Source of the DNA: Phoronis australis | Lineage: Eukaryota > Animalia > Phoronida | Direction: 5' to 3' | Assembly (NCBI GenBank): GCA_002633005.1 | Contig: NMRA01001204.1 | Coordinates: 7,484 to 40,357, forward strand | DNA: 32,874 bases | Shown: positions 24,317 to 32,874 of the stretch, piece after piece | Layout of the letters: each line of letters opens with the position of its first letter | How positions within the stretch are numbered: the stretch's first letter is position 1 | Program-made: the position numbers and the translations under genes | Notes under the pieces: generated by a model | Told to the model about the DNA's origin: nothing | Seen by the model: the letters and a program-made list of their open reading frames with translations, nothing else | Databases searched by the model: none

Positions 24317-26614
24317 TAACATTATTCTATGCCTTTTAAATACTTGGCCTTTCGTCAAACTATTTGACATTAGCTGACTAGTACACCATCAACATGCAAG
24401 ATCTGACATTGGGAACAGTGACAGTATACCAAAATTTCTGCTGGACCACTGACAAGAATCACACCAGAGGCAAAAAGTATGTTTTCGTCTATTTACACGC
24501 CATACCCATACCCATACCCCCAAAGTTAACCTGCGACCTTCGTTAAATCAAACCAGAGAAAAGAAAAAAGATTCAAGACGAAAATTATGAAGGTAAACGT
24601 TGATTGGGTTTCATACTGCAGTGTACAGCTCAATACCTTGAAGGTTTTCAAATCAGTGGCCATAATACAACAAATGAAAATTCATTGAAAAAAGCCTTAT
24701 CAGCCTGAATGTTTGCAAATTCGGCAAAAAAGCTTAATAGTGCGAAAATAATTCGACGATCTGACAGACGAGAAGTCAGTGATTGAAAGTTAATGACAAA
24801 GGAGCGGCAACATTTTAGAGGCGGAAAACCAAAACTGAAAATTAAAATAAAAGCGACAGTTCAGTGCACATTGCCAAACGTTGTTTGGATACTTTACCAA
24901 GGCACTGGCTGTTCGAAGAATTCGTTTTAAGAAGCCACGTGCTTAAAACTCTCGAAACATTTTGCTCGAAATCACTGTTCAAAATGCCTCGTGACATGAA
25001 AATTCTAACTTTTTGTTTTCGAACTAATGGTCTTCCGGGCTTGTGTGAATGTTGATGGATTTATTTACTTATTTGACTTTGAAAACAAGGAATAACGGCA
25101 TTTCATAACTTTTTCTCACTTGTAGTTTTCAATTCAGATCATATGATTTCATTGTTTCCAAGGGGTTGACTTCCTTTTATCATTATTTTAGGTCTTTTAG
25201 GTACTTGGCCTTTCGTCGAACTATTTGACTTTGGCTTACCAATGTACCATTAACATGCGAGATCTGACATTTCGAGCAATGACAATATACCAAAAGTACT
25301 GCAGGACCACTGACACGAATCGCACAAGAGTCAAGGTTACTTTAACTTGTAAACATTATAGAAGCTTCTAGGTTTTACTACACGTTTGTGCTCCTGTGTG
25401 TCATCAAAGCATGACTACATTTTTTCGATATGGAAAAGGGAAGTGTAAAATCTACTAACCAGTCATTCAGGCATATGTCTTTATTAATGCACAATGACTC
25501 GCATCTATTTTCAAGGCATGTTCTCCATTAATAATTTAAGTTTTGGCTGTATTTTACTTGTACTCTGGGTTGTACTCAGGTTTTAGTGTTTGGTTCGTGA
25601 TGACGCACTTGTACTTTAAATGGATACACCTCTCCATCCACCAAATCTATCACCATTCGCTTGCACCACAAGTTTGTTAATTGTCTTGCTCGTGTATTCG
25701 CGTTGACGGTGATGCTTTTTCTAATCCCGACTAACAATTACACTACCCTACTGGCACAAGCCCAAAAGTACCCAGAAAGACAGCATGAATAAATCCAAAT
25801 AACGTAAAAGGTCACAAAAATTTTGTTAATACATATTTTTTTGTCTATTGACTCGCCATACCCACGCAACAGCGATACGCTGCAACCCACGGATAACCAA
25901 AACGGAAGAAGAAGCATGGAAGAAGAAAATTCACAACTGAATACTAAAGAGAAGAAGGAAATCTAATATTGCTTGCGAATCATAATGCATTGGTTTCAAT
26001 AGGATAGAGCTCGGTTTTCCTAAGATGTACAAGTTAGAAAGCAAATTATGCGACAAATGAAAACGTTTTCAAAAGGACCTTGAGTCCCAAGGTTCACAAA
26101 TCCAACAAAAAGAAGGTCTAGTTGAAACTATTGACGAGGTCCGACAACAGAGCAGCAAAATTTTACTGGCTGTATTCCAAAATTTGATAATGTAACTAAA
26201 TGTAGCGGCTCAGTAAGCATTGAAGAAATTTGTTTAGATCCCAATGAGGAGCACTGGCTCTTTGAATCACTAGTTTCAAACGGCACGTGTATAGAAACTA
26301 ACTCCAGAATTTTTCACGAAATCACTTTTCAGAATCTCGTGTCCGGAAAGATCGAAAGTTTACTTTTGAAAATGATGAGCTTTCGGACTTCAGTGGATAT
26401 TACGATTTATGGATTCTTGGTCTAGCTAACCTTGAAACCGAGGAATACCGTCATTTCATACCTTCGGCCCAAACACCTTCTCACTTGTAGATTTCAATTC
26501 AGGTCGTATTGCTTTATCACTTTCAAGGGGTTCATTTTTAGCGACTTGTCCCAGTGTCCAACAACCGGACTTTGGTTAACTAATATACCATTCACGTGCG
26601 ATAACTGAAGTTGC

Positions 26615-28311
26615 CAAGTATTAGTGTTTGGGTTGCGATGACGCACATGTACTTCGAACAGATAAAGCTCTCCATCCATCATATCTATTACCATTTGCTT
26701 GCACTAAGCGTTTGTTACTTGCCTTGCTGGTACATTCGCGTTGACGCTAACACTCTTTTTAATCCCGACTAACATACTAACACCAATCCTAACATATCAA
26801 GAAATACAGCATGAATAAATCCAAACGATGTTCATGGTCACAAAATGCATGCTGAGTGGTGTTATTTGAATTCCTCTCCAAATGCCAAGATCAAATGGAG
26901 CTGAACAGTGGTTCCCGTGATCGATTACTACCGTGGCAGGGATAAGGATTTTTGAATTAGTTTCCAAATGGGAGTCCGGCGTCCGGCGTGCGCTCCAAAA
27001 TGCCTGGACGTATGTTCAGGAAGTTTTGCATGTGTGTTTCTTCCGTGAATGGGACGGCATGAGCAGACTTTCAGGCGGATCCGACTATTGGTGTGACCCC
27101 TAGTGGCAATTTTAGTTTTTTACGTTTACCTCTAACTTCAAAAGTCATGAACGGATTTTCATAGAAATTGTTACATAGGCACCTAGCAGTGAGATGAGGC
27201 TAACCTTCGGTTTTCAGATGGATTCGACGTAGTTTGCGCCACCTAGTGGCAATGTTTTGGTGTTTTCGAGTTTGTTTTTTGTGTCCACCCCTCTATCAAC
27301 CAAACCGCTCAAAGGATGATTGTGAAAATTGGCATGTATGACGATTTTTCCACAACTTCGACTACTACGGCGCCTCCTAGTGGCAGTTTTTTGCGCCTAT
27401 GGCTGCATGTCCTAAACCGTTCGCAGGATCTCTAATAAATTTAGTATTTATGTGATGTTGACAACGGAAGACAACGACTTTCGGACAGATCTGACTACTG
27501 GTGTGCCACCTACTGGCAATTTTATTTTTTTACGTTTACCTCTGTGTGTTCAAACGTCCTTAACGTATTTTCATAAAATTTGGCATACACGTAGCATCTT
27601 TTAATTAAGTGACGTTATCTCTCCGTTTTCATATGGATTCGACTTAGTTTGTGCCATCTAGTGGCCATTTTTACTATTTTCGAGACTGTTTTTGATGATG
27701 GGCCGTTGGGGGGAAAGTGTCGCCTGAAAAATACGAGCGTAATCATGTACATTACGCCGTTATTTACGTCGTTAATTACGCCGTAAAATTAATTCTTTAC
27801 GGCGGAAAATTACGCTCGTAATTTAGTTTAAACTCTTAGCCAATGACGTTGGGTTTTACAATCCACGATCGCGCGTGCTCATGGAAATACTTATTTACTG
27901 ACGGGTTACATGTCTACGATGCGAGTGCTGAATCAGGGCGGATCAAATCGCTGCTGCAATGTCAGCGATTGTGCAAGAACGAGCTGCCTAGCAACAGTCG
28001 TTTATGTTAGGTCAACACTGATTGGTTTAAATTTGGAACGTTCTTAAAGTATTTTACGAGCGTATTTTACGGCGACATTTCCCCCATTTAATTTACGAGC
28101 GTAATTTTACTACAGCACTTTTGCAATTTAATTTACGCTCGTAATTACGAGCGTAATTTTACGGCGAAACTTTTCCCCATTTAATTTACGAGCGTAATTG
28201 TACGGCGACACTCCTGCAATTCAATTTACGCTAGTAATTACGAGCGTAATTTTACGGCGACACTTTCCCCTCAACGGCCCACCATAGTTTTTGGCGTTCA
28301 GTCATCTATCA
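26615..28311 (+). repeat. Recent high-identity duplicate of 20001-20357 joined to 20950-22154
   Basis: Nearly base-for-base match, with the internal junction at ~26970. Includes the second copy of the HINE cores and the MITE. Confidence 0.9.
27695..28285. mobile_element. MITE copy 2 (co-duplicated; ~94 bp longer)
   Basis: Same TIRs and flanks as 21632-22128, with extra subterminal repeats in the right arm. Confidence 0.8.
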
Positions 28312-28786
28312 CTTTCAAGGGGTCTTGTCTCAGTGTCCAACAACCGGACTTTGGTTGACTAATATACCATTCACGTGCGATAACTGAAGTTGCCAGCAGT
28401 GACAATATATCAAATGTGTTGCAGGACCACTATGACGAAAGACACCAGGGTCAAACGGTGTGGTGGAGTTTATCTGTAAACGTCCTGGACGTGTGTACTC
28501 CTATGTGCAACTTGTTTGATTTGGAAAAATGAAGTGAAAATTCTATTTTGCTACTCATTCAGGCACCGTCTTTATTCATCTACACTGTTTCATACCTGGT
28601 TCCAGGGCTCAATCTCTCAAAAACTGCAACATTTAGCAAAACAGAAAAGCACATTATGAGTAAAACAACGGTGTCAATAATATCGAATTTCATTTGATAA
28701 AAATATTTTAGAAGTGGTATCAGAAATACTGTTAATAATCTAAAATATGATTATTTCATTTTCGTTTTGTGAACGACGTTCAAACA

Positions 28787-29750
28787 CATAGGCGGATTTA
28801 GGGGAGGGGGGGCAGGGGGCCCGGACCCCCCCCCCCTTGGCTGCCGCAAAAAAATAAAACAGCAAGAGCGTAAGGAAATGTTAAGTTTATTAATTAACCA
28901 CGGTAATTAAAATTATACGGATGAAACAAGATTTAAATGTGTGCAGTTTTAGTGTTTGGGGGGATCAAATTTCAAGTGTCAGATTCGGAACACAGCGCAT
29001 TCGTAACGGAACTACGGCTAAGTATAAGCTCTCCCGCGATATCCCAGGCGACCGGCAGTGGCGCTGCGCACTACGACTCCGTTTCCGTCGTCTGCTCCAC
29101 TGTGCAATGAAGAAAATTTACTTCATTTTTTAAAGAAAATAAAAAAACAGAAACTGCTGGTAAGATGTGAATTTTAATCGTGAATTGGTGAATCACTCAA
29201 AAACTCATAATTCCTTCTTTGTCAAACCTAACTTAAGACGATTTCCAAAGCAATCCCGTCATTATTGCCAACACGAAAAACGGATTTGGTCTTATGGGCA
29301 TTTGAAGACTATTTTAAATACAACAAATTTGTTAAGAACCGATTGCAAAAAATATAAAACGTGTAATAAGCATTACAAAAAGAAGTAGGTTTCGTGTGCA
29401 AACACTGTGGACAATAGACAAGTAGGTCTCTTAGCACTACATTGGTAGTTAAGTCGTGGCGGTGTAGTGGTAAAGCACGCGCTATCTATCCGTCAGGTCG
29501 TGAGTTCGAGTCTATGGTACACACGGTTTTTCCTGTTTGACACATTCTCCTTGTTTTTTTTTTTGCCTTTTTTTCTTGGATAATACTTCAGGAATCAAGG
29601 AAAATGCTTGATTTTTAGAGGAAAATAGCAAAATTTCCTGGGCGACCTCCCACCATTCGGTGCTATGCGCATCCACAATCGTGATTTGCGCAAATGCTTA
29701 GAGACGGACAAAATGTTGTCCCCCCTTGTGATATCCTAGATCCGCCGCTG
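28787..29750. mobile_element. hAT-like non-autonomous element
   Basis: Termini CATAGGCGGATTTAGG and CCTAGATCCGCCGCTG are inverted, with G/C-run subtermini. Absent from sister units (compare 31621-31670). No clean 8-bp TSD. Confidence 0.6.
29453..29525 (+). other. tRNA-derived segment (SINE head or tRNA pseudogene) inside the hAT-like element
   Basis: A-box-like GGTGTAGTGGTAAAGCAC and B-box GTTCGAGTC (29504-29512) at tRNA spacing, followed by T-runs. Acceptor and anticodon stems do not pair well. Confidence 0.55.
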
Positions 29751-32258
29751 AAGCAATAGTGTTTAAATGTTTCACATAAATCTGAAAAACTATTTCTGAG
29801 AAATGTACTTAACACTTCTTTTAGGGTCATACAGAATCTGAACAAGCAGGATCCACCACTGGCAACAAACCAAACATGTCGCTGAGCCACTAACACAAAA
29901 AGACACCAGAGTCAGAAAGGTAACAGAAGCCCGGAAGTTGCCTCTTGCGTCAGGCCACATGCCATGAGGTGCTGTCTTACCCGATGCATGAAGCACGATA
30001 GGGGTAACTGTGACGTTATTGATAACACTTTGGTCTTCACCTGTTACCAATGTTTAGTGGCCATTTCGTTGTAATAGACAAAAGTGTTGCCTGCATTATA
30101 GTTGTACCCTTGGTTCTACTCATGTATTAATGCTTGGGCCGTGATGACGCACATTTACTCTAATGAATAGATCAGCCCATTTGTCAATTGTATTTACAAT
30201 TCGCTTGGACTAGACGTTTGTTATTTTTGTTGCTTGTGCTTTCGCGTTGACGCTAACGCACTTTCTTATCCCGCCCATCAATTGCCCTAACGTACCAGGA
30301 AAGACGGCATGAATTAATCCAAAGGACATTCAAGGTCACAAAATACTTGCTGTATGGTGTTATTTGAATTCCTCTGGAGATCCACAACCAGACGGAGATG
30401 AACAATGGTTCCCGTGACCGATTTCTATCGGCGTAGAGACAAGGATTTTTCAATTGATCTCCGAGTGGCAAATTGAAAACTGTTGATTTGTCGATTGTTT
30501 GAAAAGTTCATTAACACAGGTTTTTGTCTATTAACGCGGCATAACCGTACCTCAACGATACGCTGTGAACCTCGGATAACCAAAACGGATGACGAAGGAT
30601 TGAAGACGAAAATTATGTAGGTGAGCTAACGTTGTTCCCGTTTAATGCCGCTATATATTTTGGATGCAGCCCGGCACTCTGAAGGTTCTCAAGTCCTGAC
30701 ACCCAATGATACGGAAATGAAATGTTTTTAAAAACACCCTATTTGGCCAAGTGTTCACAACTCCGACAGAAAAGATAGCTAGTTAGATCAAAACTGGTTT
30801 TAAGATTTATGATACCAGAAACCTCAACAGCAGCGGAACAGAAAAACTTTAGTGGCGGTAACCACTTTGTTTCCCTCCTTTCCAGAGGCACAGGCTCTTC
30901 GAAGAACTAGTGTTAAACAGGCATGTGCTTCCAAATTACCGAATATTTTGCTTGAAATCGCCGTTCGGAACCTCGTGTCATGAAAGTTTGAACTTTTAGC
31001 TTTCGAACTAATGGGGTTTAGGACTTGTGTTGGTTTTCGAATTTGAAGACTTAAAAACCGTGCATTTATACCTTAGGTCAAACCTTTCCTCATTTCTAGT
31101 TTTCGTTTGAGGACATATATTTTTTACTACTTCGGACGGGTTGATTTCCATGTAACCACATTGTAGATTTTTAGCGACTTGTTCTTTCCTCGATCCACTG
31201 AACTTTGGCTGACTAGTATACCATTAGCATGCAGGATCTGACGCTGAGAACAGTGACATGGTACGAAATGTGCTGCAGTACCACTTACACTAATGACACC
31301 AGAGACAAAAGGAATGATGCTGCTAAGCTGTAAGTCTCCTGGAAGTTAATTATTTCGACAGCATGCGAGTCTGTGTAACATAGAAAAGTAAAATGACACA
31401 TCTACTCGCCAGTCATTCAGGCATCTTTTTTTCATTTGCACTCTTTCTCACCTGGTTTCAGCTCACATTCTCTCAAAAATCATAGTATTTAGCAAAAGAC
31501 ATAGCTCATTGATAGTAACACAGCGGTCACAATAACAAGGTCGAATTTACTTAAATACTAAATTTTCCAGAAGTGATCTAGGAAATACTCTTCATGTTCT
31601 AAAATATGATCACTTCATTTTCGTTTTGTGAACTGCGTTTAAATATTGGTATTTCAATGTTTTACATAAATGTAAACAGCTATTTCTGAGATGAATTTAA
31701 ATATTTAAACTAAGAGAGAAATATAGAGACTTTTTAAAGATCATACAGGACCTGAACAAGCAGCAACCTGACCTCGCTACCACTGGAAGAAAACCTAAGA
31801 TATCGCCGATAACCGACACAAAATAAAAAAGGAAAGGTAAAAAGACCCGTANAACATTTGGTGATACCATATTATGGATGACTGTTACATCTCACGGTAA
31901 CGGAGAAAACTATATGTTCAAGCCTTCTGAGTAATTAGAAAATACCATATGTGTAGTCTCCCTGTCAAGAATCAGTTGCTTATCTCTTTCTGTGTTCCAA
32001 TGCATAGCACGCGCCGACTGGTGGAATTTGGACACGTTCAAAATCTCATATCTTTATGTGTTCAAGCGTTTTATAACTTTTTTATAAATTTGAAGGTACT
32101 CTGTGTACTGTTTTGCGGCTTGTTATTGTAAATCGACCCTGAGACAACGTATTTACCTGTTTTGATATCACCTGTATGAAATTTCCAATGTCATTGCCTG
32201 TCAGTGGTATGAATGAATGCGATCATAAGTTTCCTTCTACATTCCGCACACGTGATCG

Positions 32259-32873
32259 TGCAGTTTGTAATAGGGTTTTCATTTTAAAAAAGTGTTAGTA
32301 TTGGTTAACTTTTGTTCAATTTATCACAATGTTAATTTTAAGCGTGAGTTTTACACGGTCAACTTTTGACGCTGTTTACATTTACTCAAAATATATCTGC
32401 AATAAAAAGTATCGTATCCCGTCATAACCACATGTTTCTATCGAGTATCAACCAAGCAGTCGCCTGGGTTTATGTTGAAACAAAGCATGAATATGGTGGA
32501 CTGGACGTTCAGGGTTCAACACGAAGTGATTACCGTCAAAACCTTCAAAATGTGCGTTGGTTACTAAATAAATGTCACGCGAAGGATATTCCATTGGACG
32601 ACATCAATAACGTTTCTGTACACTTTTATCAAAAAGATTCATGGAACAGCCATATCATTGCTTAATATACATAGCAGGATATCGAGGAACGGACACAGAA
32701 AAGTACTTACCTATTGTGAAGTCTTTGAGTGTTTTTTAATTAATTAATCCGATATCACAATCACTTCTAAAATACGTACATCGTCGAGTAAGTCACTATG
32801 TCCATACAACACGCAGTCGTGCAGTAATAGGGTTTATATTTTGAAATAGTTTTAGTATTAGTTAACTTTTGTT
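32259..32873 (+). repeat. Imperfect ~55-bp direct repeat ~560 bp apart
   Basis: GTGCAG..TAATAGGGTTT..ATTTT..AA..TTAGTATT.GTTAACTTTTGTT at 32259-32316 and 32820-32873. Confidence 0.65.
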
Positions 32874-32874
32874 A

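Noticed and set aside
29453-29525. Functional tRNA gene
   Set aside because: The cloverleaf stems do not pair and no anticodon can be assigned.

Overview
Eukaryotic, AT-rich, intron-containing and repeat-rich genomic DNA, most likely an invertebrate animal (inference). The only recognisable host gene is a 4-exon minus-strand gene (12466->6381, 340 codons when spliced). It encodes a signal-peptide-bearing six-bladed beta-propeller of the squid diisopropyl-fluorophosphatase (DFPase)/SMP-30 type. Exon 3 is missing from the ORF track. The gene carries two apparent lesions: an AT instead of AG acceptor before exon 2, and an in-frame TGA in exon 3. It keeps the four catalytic-Ca ligands but has replaced both structural-Ca ligands. 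Upstream lies a TTAA-flanked fold-back Kolobok-type transposon with a decayed THAP domain (13716-15049). From ~16.2 to 31.85 kb there is an old tandem array of 5-6 diverged ~2-kb units of unknown, possibly once-coding, origin. The array contains a Helentron-associated (HINE/DINE-1-like) element with a nested MITE, a microhomology-bounded templated duplication, a Penelope-like fragment with a degenerate hammerhead core, a hAT-like element carrying a tRNA-like segment, and a microsatellite block duplicated across an assembly N. All family assignments come from manual reading and remembered motifs; no searches were run.
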